The translations under genes and the position numbers were made by a program. Positions 22,501 to 33,106 of a stretch of DNA of 64,000 nt are shown one piece after another. Numbering within the stretch: the first letter of the stretch is position 1; each line of letters opens with the position of its first letter. Origin of the DNA: a virus; IMG/VR virus record IMGVR_UViG_3300046167_000870; one strand, 5' to 3'. Under the pieces are notes generated by a model. That model saw nothing but the letters and a program-made list of their open reading frames with translations, was not told the DNA's origin and did not search any database.

Positions 22501-25135
22501 TGATTTGTCTGGTTTAATTGTAATATACCCGTTCCTGGATCTGAAGGTACACCTGGTACTGTTGTACTAAATGTATAATCAAATGAAGCACCTCCAAAAT
22601 TACCATCTGCACCTGTATCACCTTTAGCTCCTGTTGCACCTTGTGTTGAATTATCTGGGACCTGTTAAACCTTGAGTACCTTGAGCACCCTGAGTTGAAT
22701 TATCTGGTCCTGTAGCACCCTGTGCCCCCTGAGTAGAATTATCTGCTCCATCTGCACCTTGAGCACCTTGAGTTGAATTGTCAGGACCTGTAGTACCTTG
22801 AGCACCCTTGTGTTGAATTATCTGGCCCTATTGTACCTTGTACACCTTGTGCTCCTTGTGTAGAATTATCTGCACCATCTGCACCTTGAGCACCTTGAGT
22901 TGAATTGTCTGGTCCAGTTGCTCCTTGAGCACCTTGAGTAGAATTATCAGCACCATCTGTTCCTTGGGCTCCTTGAGTTGAATTATCTGGTCCTGTTAAA
23001 CCTTGTATACCCTGAGCACCTTGTGTAGAATTATCTGCACCATCTGCACCTTGAGCACCTTTAGCTCCTGTTGCACCTTGTGTTGAATTATCTGGTCCAG
23101 TTGCTCCTTGAGCACCTTGTGTTGAATTATCTGGTCCAGTAGCACCTTGTGCTCCAGTATCACCTTTAGCACCTGATTCTATAAATGATATTGCTATATC
23201 TGAAGTATTACCAAATGGATTGGCTGCACTACTAGCTGTAACACTACCAACACAAGTAATTATATTACTAGTTGGTCCTGATACACTTGTAATTGAAAAT
23301 GTTATAAATTCAGAATAATCGTTTCTATCTCTAATTGTTAATATACCTGGAGCTGTTGGTGTTGGAATACCATTACCATCAGCATCTCTATAATCAAATA
23401 CAATTTGAGTAGCTAAATTTGTTTGTGAGTTATTTGTTCTTACTATTCCAGTTGCTGGGTCTCCACTAGTTGCTGTACTAAAGTTATAAGAATAGGTATT
23501 TGCTCCATCAGCTCCAATTGAACCTTTAGCACCACCTACACCTTGACTACCTACATTACCTTCTTCACCTTGTATACCTGTGTTACCTTGTGCACCAGTA
23601 TCTCCTTGAGCACCAGTATCTCCTTGGGCACCTGTAGCTCCTTGAGTTCCAACTCCTGTTATACCTTGTGTACCTTGTGTACCATCTGTACCTTGAGTTC
23701 CATCTGTACCTTGTGCTCCAGTTGCTCCTTGAATACCTTGTTCACCTTTTGTTCCATCTCCACCTTGAACACCATCTTGACCTTTTTGGCCTTTTTCACC
23801 TTTTGTACCTGTACCACCTTGAGTACCAATATCACCTTGTACTCCATCAGTACCTTGAGTACCTTGAGCACCATCTGCTCCTTGAGTACCATTTGTTCCT
23901 TGAGTACCATCTGTACCTTGTGATCCAGTATCACCTTGTGCTCCTACTTCACCTTTTTGTCCTTTTGTACCTTTTTCACCATTTAAACCTTGAATACCAG
24001 TTTCACCTTGTGTTCCTGTTGAACCTTGTGATCCAGTATCACCTTGTGTTCCATCTGTACCTTGAGTACCTGTAGGTCCTTGAGGACCAGTTACACCTTG
24101 TGTACCAAATCCTGTTATACCTTGTATACCTGTATTACCTTGTGCACCTTGAGATCCTATTCCTTCTGCACCTTTTTGTCCTTTTTGTCCTTTATCACCT
24201 GTAGTGACAAAAGAAACTAATATATCTTCTGAGTTGGTAAATGGAGAATCTGTTGAGAAAGCTTGGTATGCTATTGTGATTGACCACCAACCAGTATTAT
24301 CATCTAAGTCCGTTATACTATATAATATAAATTGCGTAGCATCCGTTCTATTTGCCACTTTAACGTGACCTTTAACAGCTGACGTGACTGCAGCAATTGA
24401 TGATAAAAATGACTGAATACTATTGCCATCATCATCTTCAACATCGATGTACATTTTAGTAGCACCTTTTTGTCCTGCTGCTGATCCTGCTGCTGAATTT
24501 AATTGTAATTTACCTGTTCCTGGGTCTGCTGGAGTTCCTGGAACTGTAGAATCAAAAGTATAATCAAATGAAGCACCTCCAAAATTACCATCTGTACCTT
24601 GTGTACCATCTGTACCCTGAGTTCCATCTGTACCTTGTGCTCCTGTTAAACCTTGAATACCTGTTTGTCCTTGGGCACCTGTTCCACCTTGAACACCTGC
24701 ACCACCTGGACCACCTGTAGCACCTTGAAGACCTGGTTCTCCTTTATTACCTAAATCACCACCAATACCTTGAGCACCTGTAGCACCTTGAGTTCCTACA
24801 CCTGTAGTACCTTGAGCACCATCTGCACCTTGTGTTCCGTCTGTTCCTTGAGTTCCGTCTGTTCCTTGGGTTCCATCTGTACCTTGAGTACCACCTGCAC
24901 CTTGTGTTCCATTTGCTCCTTGAGCACCTGTTGCACCTTGAGGTCCTGTATCTTTATTTACAAAGCTTAAATTACCAGAGCCATCGGTTTGAATAACCTG
25001 TGTATTTGCTCCATCTGAGGATGGATATATTAAACCACTTGCTGTTAAACCTGTCTTTATATCGGCTTGTGAAGACGTTACAGACCTTAAGTCAGCGTCA
25101 GATCCGCTTATAATTATTTCTCTCCAATTTGCCAT
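19542..25135 (-). CDS. Collagen-like fibre 2 with C-terminal S74 chaperone, about 1863 aa, +1 frameshifts at 22805-22807 and 22657-22659
   Basis: N-terminus [12 protein letters not shown]; GAQ/GTQ/GTD repeats; about 25 DNSTQ interruptions; five globular inserts; SDKRFKDNI...IGVIAQEIE...VRYEKI. Confidence 0.9.
20341..20446. repeat. 24-bp tandem repeat (x4 plus partial) encoding GPQGATGA
   Basis: Unit gctcctgttgcaccttgtggtcct, near-identical copies. Confidence 0.85.
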
Positions 25136-25149
25136 AGTAAATTATATGG

Positions 25150-25159
25150 TTATAAATAT
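25150..25159 (-). promoter_or_regulatory. Putative late promoter ATATTTATAA
   Basis: Exact motif 14 nt upstream of ATG 25135. Confidence 0.6.
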
Positions 25160-25359
25160 TAGGATGTTTCTATTTCTTGAGAAGGTGGAGTATTTTCTGC
25201 TATGCCCGCTTCTATAGACTGAATATGTGTATTTATTTTAATTTGTAAGTCTCTAATAAACGCAGCGTCGATTCCATTTATGTTAATAGTATCTAAGGCA
25301 ACCCTTAATGCTCTAATTTCTCTTATAGTAAATCCCTCTAAATCGTATTTTTCTTCCAT
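25159..25359 (-). CDS. Small hypothetical protein
   Basis: 66 aa; resembles the neighbour (T.xE...L..I...G.D...I..L..K.). Confidence 0.7.
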   Translation of the reverse strand: MEEKYDLEGFTIREIRALRVALDTININGIDAAFIRDLQIKINTHIQSIEAGIAENTPPSQEIETS

Positions 25360-25565
25360 TATTTTGAATCTTTAAATTTATTTAAATCTACGTACATTTT
25401 TTGGAGTTTCAAAGTTAAATTATAAATTTTCTCCATATCCGCTCCTTCAAATTTGTGTGTACGAATTATATCTAATAAATAAAAAACTTCTTCCTGAGTT
25501 AAGATTGGCAGACCCATAAGTGGGTCTGCCTTTCCTATTGATGTATTTCCTGCTTTAAAACCCAT
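25359..25565 (-). CDS. Small hypothetical protein
   Basis: 68 aa; TAATG-coupled to 25159..25359. Confidence 0.7.
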   Translation of the reverse strand: MGFKAGNTSIGKADPLMGLPILTQEEVFYLLDIIRTHKFEGADMEKIYNLTLKLQKMYVDLNKFKDSK

Positions 25566-25582
25566 TAATTTGATTTATTTTA

Positions 25583-27283
25583 TTATGAATAAATCCAAAT
25601 TTCCTGGTTATTAGCTACGAATATGTTACCTTTCTTAGTATATTTAGCTACTACTGCTGTTGGATCATTTGCTGCTCCTTCAACTACAGTTGCCATAAAT
25701 GCATCTGGTGTATAAGATTCTGTTGCAGGGTTAAATGAACCTGTAACACTCCATCTTAATTTTGCAGCATCATAAGCAAATGCTTCACCATTAGCTGGAC
25801 CATTTTGTTGAACAACAATACCACCATCTCCTACTGCAGTTGAACCAGAAGCTAAACGAATAAATCTATCCGCTACATCTAAATTATCTGCATGTTGGAA
25901 TGAAGCTGTACCTTGTACTACTAAGTTTCCGTTTACTGTTAAATTTCTACCAACTGTTCCATCTCTAGTTACTGTTAGATCCTGTCCAATTGTAATATCA
26001 TCTGCTAAACTTACAGCACCTGATGATACTCCGAAATCCGCTGATGCGAATGAAGCAATACCTTTGTTAGATGTTGTAGCATCTTCTCCACTAATAGTAA
26101 CTGTTTGAGAACCAGCGACTGTATTAATACCTTCACCTGCAGCTATTGTTAATGTTTGAGTTTTTAATGCTACTGCTCCTGTACCTGATTCACCAGCTAC
26201 GTTTAATGTACTTGCTACACCAGTTAATCCTGAACCATCTCCAACAAATGAACCTGTAAATGAACCAGTAATTTTAGTATTTGCTACTGTACCACTGTTT
26301 ACAATGTTTGTTGCTGTTACACCAGTTGATGTAATAGATGTTAAACCTGCAATTGTTGTTGCTGAAGCACCTAATGCGATAGATGTTGAACCAACTGTTA
26401 CTGAACTGTTAGCTAATTTAGCATTTGCAATTGATCCTGCTAACATTGCGTTAGTAACACCTAATGCTTTTACTCTTAAACTATCAGTATTAATTTCAAT
26501 TGAAGAATCATCTACTTGTACTGATAATGCTGTTCCAGCACCACCTGCTAATCCATCTCCTGCAACTGAAGCATTTAATTGAGTTGCTGTAATTCCTGCA
26601 TCTGCTACTTTAACTCCACCTGCTCCTACAGCTAATGTAGTACCATCTGCTTCTACTGCTACTGCTGCAGCTGAAGAACCATCATAAGTGAAATCTGCAA
26701 TACCATTACCATCTGTTAAATCTGGGAGGTTTGTTGTTCCAACAAAGTTACCTTGGAATGAACCACTAAATGAACCTGAAGCTGTTAAGCCAGTTATTGT
26801 AGCTGCTGTAGCACCTAATGCTACTGAAGTTGATCCAATTGTTACACTACTGTTAGATAATTGTGAATTTGTAACTCCTGATAAAGCACCACCTAATGTA
26901 ATAGTTGGGTTAACACTATCTCCATCTGATGATAATGTAATACCATTTTCATTTCCAGTTGCTGATACAGATTGTACTGTACCTGAACCTAGTCCTGAAG
27001 CTGCGATAGTAATTCCACCTGCTGAATTTGTTACTGTAATATTTGCACCACCAGTTAAAGTTGCTAATACTGGGTCAGCACCAGTACTACCAATAACTAA
27101 TTGACCGTTTGTAGCTTGACCTAGGGCAGTAATTGCTCCAGTTCCACTACCTAGAAGTACACCACCATCTGTGAGGGTTGCTGCTCCTGTACCACCCGAG
27201 GATACGGGTAAGGCTGTATCTAATGCCAGAGAGTCTAAGACTGCTGCTGATCCGGATACGATTACTTTTTTCCAAGTTGCCAT
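25583..27283 (-). CDS. Non-collagenous fibre/structural protein
   Basis: N-terminus MATWKKVIVSGS; G/A/T/S-rich beta repeats; GSFxGSFxG twice; LxNSSVTxGST twice. Confidence 0.75.
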   Translation of the reverse strand: MATWKKVIVSGSAAVLDSLALDTALPVSSGGTGAATLTDGGVLLGSGTGAITALGQATNGQLVIGSTGADPVLATLTGGANITVTNSAGGITIAASGLGSGTVQSVSATGNENGITLSSDGDSVNPTITLGGALSGVTNSQLSNSSVTIGSTSVALGATAATITGLTASGSFSGSFQGNFVGTTNLPDLTDGNGIADFTYDGSSAAAVAVEADGTTLAVGAGGVKVADAGITATQLNASVAGDGLAGGAGTALSVQVDDSSIEINTDSLRVKALGVTNAMLAGSIANAKLANSSVTVGSTSIALGASATTIAGLTSITSTGVTATNIVNSGTVANTKITGSFTGSFVGDGSGLTGVASTLNVAGESGTGAVALKTQTLTIAAGEGINTVAGSQTVTISGEDATTSNKGIASFASADFGVSSGAVSLADDITIGQDLTVTRDGTVGRNLTVNGNLVVQGTASFQHADNLDVADRFIRLASGSTAVGDGGIVVQQNGPANGEAFAYDAAKLRWSVTGSFNPATESYTPDAFMATVVEGAANDPTAVVAKYTKKGNIFVANNQEIWIYS

Positions 27284-27321
27284 TGATTAATTGTTTTTTG
27301 AGTTAATTAAAATTTGTTTTA

Positions 27322-27331
27322 TTATACATAT
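27322..27331 (-). promoter_or_regulatory. Putative late promoter variant ATATGTATAA
   Basis: One mismatch to the motif, intergenic; the same variant occurs at 56423-56432. Confidence 0.5.
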
Positions 27332-27336
27332 ACAAC

Positions 27337-27360
27337 CGGAACAATAAAGTTCTGTTTTTT
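27337..27360 (+). terminator. Possible plus-strand (antisense) intrinsic terminator
   Basis: CGGAAC-aataaa-GTTCTG stem with one G-U pair, followed by T6. Confidence 0.3.
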
Positions 27361-27371
27361 AAAATTTTTTT

Positions 27372-28406
27372 TTATTTTATTCCTATATAAGCAGATGCTG
27401 TAGTAAAGTATAAACCTCCTTCAACTGCTGTTGGAGCAGATCCATCTGGTTGTACTCTAAATGTAGCAACTCCTTCATTGTTTATATTAAATAAACTTTG
27501 TGATGTTGCTTGAGCATTTGATATTAAGAAATTTTCGTTTGAGTTTAATAGTATTTTTGCACTACCAGTCATATCAATACTACCTGATATTCCTGCTGAA
27601 CCTGTGTATGGGAAAGCTGCACCACCACCTGAACCAGATGTTAAAGCATCCATTACATTAGCTGCCATTATTTGACCTGGTGCAAATCCGAATGCATTAG
27701 ATATACTAGCATCCTGACCCTGGAACATTGGACCTACTTTATTTGCAGATCCTATTTGATATAATACACATTGTGATGTACTACCAAAATAAGTCATACC
27801 TGTTGGTAAACCATTCATATCTCCTCCACTTGAAGTAAGATACATATTTACTTCAACTCCTGAAACTCCAGCTGGTCTACTTTGTACATTTGATAATGAA
27901 AATTGAGCAAATTGTCCTACTCTTTGTGTTGAAGAATTTCCGTCTAATGCTACTGGGATAGCAATACCCCATTCTAAATCTCCTTCTTGGTATTGTGTAT
28001 CAGAACTACCTGTAACACTACTTGCATTAATATTAGTTTGACCCGCAGGGAATGTCATTGAACCTGATTCAATAAATATTTGTCCTGGTCCTGGGTCTAC
28101 TCTTAATAGTTGTCCTGTATTTGAAGATTGAGCGTTACCACTTACTGTTATAGTTGCGTTTGGTGAAGCACCTGTTATATTAGTAATTGTTACTTTAGAA
28201 GGAAAGGGTCCTGAAGATATTAACTCCATACCTACCCTTAATTCTGATACACCAAAATAGTTAACACCGTTATCGGCTACATTAGTAATAGTGTTTGAAC
28301 TATTAGTTGTATTTCCATTTAACCTAATAAATTGGTTCGCTCCTAGAGTGTTTGTAAAGATTGAACCTATACTTACACTACCAAATAATAATTGTTCTGT
28401 AGCCAT
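27372..28406 (-). CDS. Putative virion structural protein
   Basis: G/S/T-rich; C-terminal FPYTGSAGISGS...PTAVEGGLYF. Confidence 0.65.
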   Translation of the reverse strand: MATEQLLFGSVSIGSIFTNTLGANQFIRLNGNTTNSSNTITNVADNGVNYFGVSELRVGMELISSGPFPSKVTITNITGASPNATITVSGNAQSSNTGQLLRVDPGPGQIFIESGSMTFPAGQTNINASSVTGSSDTQYQEGDLEWGIAIPVALDGNSSTQRVGQFAQFSLSNVQSRPAGVSGVEVNMYLTSSGGDMNGLPTGMTYFGSTSQCVLYQIGSANKVGPMFQGQDASISNAFGFAPGQIMAANVMDALTSGSGGGAAFPYTGSAGISGSIDMTGSAKILLNSNENFLISNAQATSQSLFNINNEGVATFRVQPDGSAPTAVEGGLYFTTASAYIGIK

Positions 28407-28431
28407 TTATATAATTTTGTTTTTATAATTA

Positions 28432-30204
28432 TTATAATGTGTAACCTTTAATAACCATAGGTGCAAATTCTCCTACACCTGTAATTGTTGCAACATTCTG
28501 ATTTGATGCTCTACCATATTTAACTTGTGGTACAATCTGTGTTGTATAAGTACCACCACCAGAATCTTTTTGTGCTGCAAAATTCATTGGGTTGATACTT
28601 TGAAAATTAACAGCAGCAAACCCTGCTCCTTCATTTAATCCAGGAGCTGGGAATGTAATTGCAATATCATCTCCTTGACCTGCAGCATATAATTTCATTG
28701 TATTTAATTGAGCACTAGCACTTATTGATCCTGGAGCTGTAATAGTAATTGCTGTAACACTATCTGTTCCATTTAATGTTAAACTTGCACTAAATCCTGG
28801 TATATAAGCTGCTTCTGTTCCTGTAGTTGCACCTGAGTTAGCTGCATTTACTCTAAATATGTTTGGATCTGTTATTGTAACAGCCTCTGATTTTGTTACA
28901 CCATTTGTATTAACATATGTAACAACATCTCCATTTGATAAACCGTGAGCTGAGGAAGTAATAAACAATTCTGTATTTATTCTATTCCAAGAACATCCAC
29001 CCATATAATTTCCTGTAGATTGTAATTCAAGTATTACATCAGATGTTTGATACACTTTATATCTTCTTTGTGTATTAAATACTGTAGCTGAACCACCACC
29101 TGTTCCTTCAGCACCTTGTGCTCCACCTGCACCTTGAGGTCCGTTTGAACCATCTGTACCTTGTGTTCCTACACCAGTTGCACCTTGAGGTCCTGCTGGT
29201 CCTGATGGACCATCACCTCCTGTAGCACCTTGTGATCCAGGTCCTCCATTATTACCATCTGCACCTTGAGGTCCTGCTGTACCATTGGTACCTTGAGCAC
29301 CATTTGCACCTTGAGGTCCTGCTACTGTTGAATCTGCACCAGTTGCACCTTGAGGTCCATTTGGTCCTGTTGTACCATCTGTTCCTTGAGCACCACCTGC
29401 ACCTTGTGTTCCGTCAGCACCTTGAGCACCTGTAACAGAAGCTCCTTGTTGACCTTGAGCACCATCTGTTCCTTGTGTTCCTGCAGGTCCTGTTCCTCCA
29501 TCTGCTCCTTGAGCACCTTGTGTTCCTGCACCTGTAGCACCTTGTGAACCTGCTGGTCCTCCTGCACCTACAGCACCTTGAGCACCTGTATTACCTGTAG
29601 TACCTTGAGAACCTACTCCAGGAGCACCTTTTGTACCATCTGTACCTTGTGGTCCATTTGATCCTTCAGCACCTTGAGCACCTGCTGAACCATTTGTACC
29701 TTCTGTACCTTGAGGACCTACTGGTCCTGATCCACCTTGAGCACCTGATCCACCTTGAGTACCAGCACTACCTGCTGTACCTTGTGAACCATTTGATCCA
29801 GGAGCACCTGTAGCACCTTGTGAACCTGCTGGTCCTGTATTTCCTTGAACTCCACCTGCACCTTGAGTACCTGTGGAACCGTTTGTTCCTTGTGTACCAG
29901 TAGCACCTTGAGCACCCGTTGATGCACTAGCTGAGTATAATAAACCTGACGAATCAATGGCAACAAAACCATATGAACCTGGTAGAGCTGAACCTGTGTT
30001 CATTGCTACTTGTTTCAGTTGTATGTTTGATACATTGCCTGCTGATCCCGATTGTTGAATAAATGATCCTGTTAGGATAAGAGAACCTGATACTTGAATA
30101 TCATATGCTTCTGCTGAGGTAAGAGCTTGAACAGATTGCGAGACTTGGGATGCTTCTATTGTCTGCCCTGTTGCTATACCATTAATTGTAAATTTCTTTG
30201 CCAT
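28432..30204 (-). CDS. Collagen-like fibre 3 (no S74 domain)
   Basis: About 270 aa of Gly-X-Y repeats; C-terminal beta domain containing HGLSNGD. Confidence 0.85.
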   Translation of the reverse strand: MAKKFTINGIATGQTIEASQVSQSVQALTSAEAYDIQVSGSLILTGSFIQQSGSAGNVSNIQLKQVAMNTGSALPGSYGFVAIDSSGLLYSASASTGAQGATGTQGTNGSTGTQGAGGVQGNTGPAGSQGATGAPGSNGSQGTAGSAGTQGGSGAQGGSGPVGPQGTEGTNGSAGAQGAEGSNGPQGTDGTKGAPGVGSQGTTGNTGAQGAVGAGGPAGSQGATGAGTQGAQGADGGTGPAGTQGTDGAQGQQGASVTGAQGADGTQGAGGAQGTDGTTGPNGPQGATGADSTVAGPQGANGAQGTNGTAGPQGADGNNGGPGSQGATGGDGPSGPAGPQGATGVGTQGTDGSNGPQGAGGAQGAEGTGGGSATVFNTQRRYKVYQTSDVILELQSTGNYMGGCSWNRINTELFITSSAHGLSNGDVVTYVNTNGVTKSEAVTITDPNIFRVNAANSGATTGTEAAYIPGFSASLTLNGTDSVTAITITAPGSISASAQLNTMKLYAAGQGDDIAITFPAPGLNEGAGFAAVNFQSINPMNFAAQKDSGGGTYTTQIVPQVKYGRASNQNVATITGVGEFAPMVIKGYTL

Positions 30205-30223
30205 GGTTGAAAGTTATATTTTA

Positions 30224-30233
30224 TTATAAATAT
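30224..30233 (-). promoter_or_regulatory. Putative late promoter ATATTTATAA
   Basis: Exact intergenic motif. Confidence 0.6.
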
Positions 30234-30240
30234 ATTAAAG

Positions 30241-31338
30241 TTATTGTCTATCTATGTTTACTAATATAGTTGTGTCAGTTGTTCTTGAAGTGGGCAAGGG
30301 CTGCGCTAACTTTCCAACTGCTAACAACTCATTATCGTTATTATACATACCAACTGTCGTTACGAATGGTGAAAAGTAAGATGAAGTTACAAAATTGTAA
30401 ACTGTACCATCATTACTAGAACCTGATATTGTAGTTGGATTTAATGAATAATTAAATTCGTCTTCGTTTATAGTACATTTGTACTGCGTCTCATAAATAG
30501 TAAACGATGATGAGAATGAACAAGTAATATTAGAAGTAGTTGCAAAATTTTCTATATCTAATAATCCTATTGTTCTACCGCCATAAATTGAATCTGGGTC
30601 TCCAAATTCTGATGTACCATATAATGTTTGTTCTCCAGTTGCTGTTTGTCTATCGCCACCTGTAAAAACAACCATTCCGTGTTCGTATATAACATTTCCT
30701 ACTGGAATTGGGCCTGATGCTGAAGGTGATATTCTCATAAGAACTCCTTCCCCATCATCATAATAACTACCACTATCAGCATTTATTTTTAAAGATTTAG
30801 GTTGAATATAATCTCCAAACATTGCTTTAGGTATTGACATTACTGCCATTGAAGCATTTATAGTAGCTTTTCCATAAATAGCTTCACCATATGATGAGCT
30901 AGGATTACCATATTCTGCTAAACCTACTGTAGTTGTGTATGAACTAGTAGGCCAATATTTTTGTGGGTTTAAATCTGTTTGAGGGTAATTATAATAATTA
31001 TTTCCATCTATTTTACCTATTACAAGCCCATCAGGTTGAAATGATGGTGTATTAACATTTTGAACTTCACCATTGCTACCTGATAGGTAGTTTTTATAGT
31101 AAAGTTGCTCTATAGAAAAATATACTTGTGATTGTGAATATTGATTTGATCCAGTTGAAAACTGTTTAGTTATTGAATCAAACGTTGCAGATGCTGTTGT
31201 ATTAAATTTATTTCCTGTATAGCGTTGGATATTAACATCAGTAGTAATTAAACCACTACCGCTAAATGCAAATGCCTTAGTAACCTCTAGAGGTGATACT
31301 ATTATATCCTGTGAATTTAATGTTTTGTACGCCGCCAT
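30241..31338 (-). CDS. Baseplate/tail-fibre attachment protein (tail-collar-like C-terminus)
   Basis: PFVTTVGMYNNDNELLAVGKLAQP, paralogous to the C-terminus of 31345..32388. Confidence 0.6.
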   Translation of the reverse strand: MAAYKTLNSQDIIVSPLEVTKAFAFSGSGLITTDVNIQRYTGNKFNTTASATFDSITKQFSTGSNQYSQSQVYFSIEQLYYKNYLSGSNGEVQNVNTPSFQPDGLVIGKIDGNNYYNYPQTDLNPQKYWPTSSYTTTVGLAEYGNPSSSYGEAIYGKATINASMAVMSIPKAMFGDYIQPKSLKINADSGSYYDDGEGVLMRISPSASGPIPVGNVIYEHGMVVFTGGDRQTATGEQTLYGTSEFGDPDSIYGGRTIGLLDIENFATTSNITCSFSSSFTIYETQYKCTINEDEFNYSLNPTTISGSSNDGTVYNFVTSSYFSPFVTTVGMYNNDNELLAVGKLAQPLPTSRTTDTTILVNIDRQ

Positions 31339-31344
31339 TCATTC

Positions 31345-32388
31345 TTAAAAATCTAATTTAACCCTAATAAGTGCTTCTTTTGTAAAGTCTTTATTTAGTG
31401 GTTTTGAAAGTTTAGCTACAGCTAACAATTCATTGCTATCATTATATAAACCTACTGTTGTCATATAAGTTTGAGGATTATTTATAAAATAGTTATAAAC
31501 AACTTCACCAGTTGATCCTGAAATATATGATGGGTTTTCACTATAGTTAAATTCTGAGTTTCTAGCTCTAATAAATACAAAATCAGATGTAATAGTTTCT
31601 TCTGAGTTTAAAGCAAATCCTGATCCAGATTGCATTGGGCCTAATAATCTTAGTGGATTATTACCTGGTGTATTTAATGAAGTATTTGTACCTAAATTTA
31701 AACCTTCTTCAGAATCTAAATCTAATGCTGCTCCATTTAATAGTATAGTTCCAATATCTGGTAAGAATAAACCATATGAACCTTCTGATGTAGTGTAACC
31801 TAAACCACCTGATCCTGAATTGTATGCTATACCATCTGAACCACTAATTACTTGATATGCTCTAGTTGTACCATAATAAGTTGGTACTGTTACCATTTTA
31901 GAGTTATCTGTTAATTGTAATGTTTTATTTGCATTTGAAGAAATAGAGCTACTTAAAGTTAAGTTAAACGAACCTGGGAATAATGCTTGTTTATATCTTG
32001 CTCTTTCTACACTAATTGCGTATATTGAACTTTGGGATACTTCTCCAAATACGAATTGTGCATTTTCATCTTCTAATACTAATGTTCTATACTGCCCATA
32101 AATTGTTGAAGCAGGTGAAACGCCTGGTGCCGCAGTATTGTTAAATGCTAAAGCACCTCCTCCTGTTGAATTACCATAGGCAATTTCAAACTGAGCTGCA
32201 AAATCAGGAGCGCCTGATTGTGTGTTAAAAACTGTTGCGTAATATACTCCAGACTGACCATTAATTTGGTTTGATTGTGTAAACATACTAGTTGCTAATA
32301 ATGCAGGTTCGTTACCTGTCCAGCATGTAGCTGTTTGTGCTTGTGCACTTACTACGAAATCGTCTGCTTCTAATCTTTTAAATCCCAT
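31345..32388 (-). CDS. Baseplate/tail-fibre attachment protein (tail-collar-like C-terminus)
   Basis: EFNYSENP...TYMTTVGLYNDSNELLAVAKLSKP. Confidence 0.6.
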   Translation of the reverse strand: MGFKRLEADDFVVSAQAQTATCWTGNEPALLATSMFTQSNQINGQSGVYYATVFNTQSGAPDFAAQFEIAYGNSTGGGALAFNNTAAPGVSPASTIYGQYRTLVLEDENAQFVFGEVSQSSIYAISVERARYKQALFPGSFNLTLSSSISSNANKTLQLTDNSKMVTVPTYYGTTRAYQVISGSDGIAYNSGSGGLGYTTSEGSYGLFLPDIGTILLNGAALDLDSEEGLNLGTNTSLNTPGNNPLRLLGPMQSGSGFALNSEETITSDFVFIRARNSEFNYSENPSYISGSTGEVVYNYFINNPQTYMTTVGLYNDSNELLAVAKLSKPLNKDFTKEALIRVKLDF

Positions 32389-32398
32389 TGTTTTTTAT

Positions 32399-33064
32399 TT
32401 ATGTTGTTGATTTAGTTATAGTAATTGGAATAGTCATTCTAGCTCCACTATCTAAACCTGTTACAGTTATTGTACTTAATAATGTTGAATTGGATCCAAA
32501 TAAAGTATTTACTGTAGTTGCTCTTAAATTAATTTGAGTACCTACTACTGTTGATGATACATTTGTTCCAATTGTTTGTGTAGCAACTGCATTTGCATCT
32601 GAAGCTGCTTGTGTATTAATACCAGTGGCATTAAAAGTATTTAACAATCTAACATCTGCAATTGTAGCTGCATATCCTGCTGTTTCAAATACTTGATCAT
32701 TACCTAAATAGTTTAAGGTTTGAGGTGTTATTGCTAACTGTGCTCCTTGTTGTAATGAAATTGCTGTGTATCCTAAATCTAGTACTGGTAATTTAGCTGT
32801 ACCTCTTGGTAATGTAGCTAATTTATACTTCATTATTTGTGATTCTTCTGGGAATGCTTCTAATAATGGCATCCCATCAATTGCTTCACCATAATATGCT
32901 GATCCAGATGGATGATTTGGATTATATAAAGTGTAATCGATTTCATCATCTGCTAAAGCAAATTGTGTGATTCGAAATGCACCATTATTGGCTGCTAACA
33001 ATTCTCTACCTTTAGTTGTCAAGATAGCATCAACTGTTATTACTGAATTATTTAAATATCCCAT
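32399..33064 (-). CDS. Baseplate structural protein
   Basis: DAILTTKGRELLA...ITQFALADDEIDY resembles tail-collar N-termini. Confidence 0.55.
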   Translation of the reverse strand: MGYLNNSVITVDAILTTKGRELLAANNGAFRITQFALADDEIDYTLYNPNHPSGSAYYGEAIDGMPLLEAFPEESQIMKYKLATLPRGTAKLPVLDLGYTAISLQQGAQLAITPQTLNYLGNDQVFETAGYAATIADVRLLNTFNATGINTQAASDANAVATQTIGTNVSSTVVGTQINLRATTVNTLFGSNSTLLSTITVTGLDSGARMTIPITITKSTT

Positions 33065-33076
33065 TGTGTTATTTTT

Positions 33077-33105
33077 ATATAAATATTGTTATATGTTATA
33101 AATAT
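33077..33105 (-). promoter_or_regulatory. Two tandem late-type motifs (ATATTTATAA 33105-33096; ATATTTATAT 33086-33077)
   Basis: Intergenic, upstream of ATG 33064. Confidence 0.55.
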
Positions 33106-33106
33106 G

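Noticed and set aside
17141-22807. Programmed frameshifting or phase variation of the collagen fibres
   Set aside because: The runs are only 3 nt with no slippery heptamer, and the same +1 pattern occurs in unrelated enzymes, so error is more likely.
14754-29972. Long alternative-frame and antisense ORFs (VQQDQ..., STCST..., HLLHL...) over the collagen genes
   Set aside because: Shadow frames produced by GGW-NCW-ACW/CAA codon repetition; low complexity and no independent start signals.
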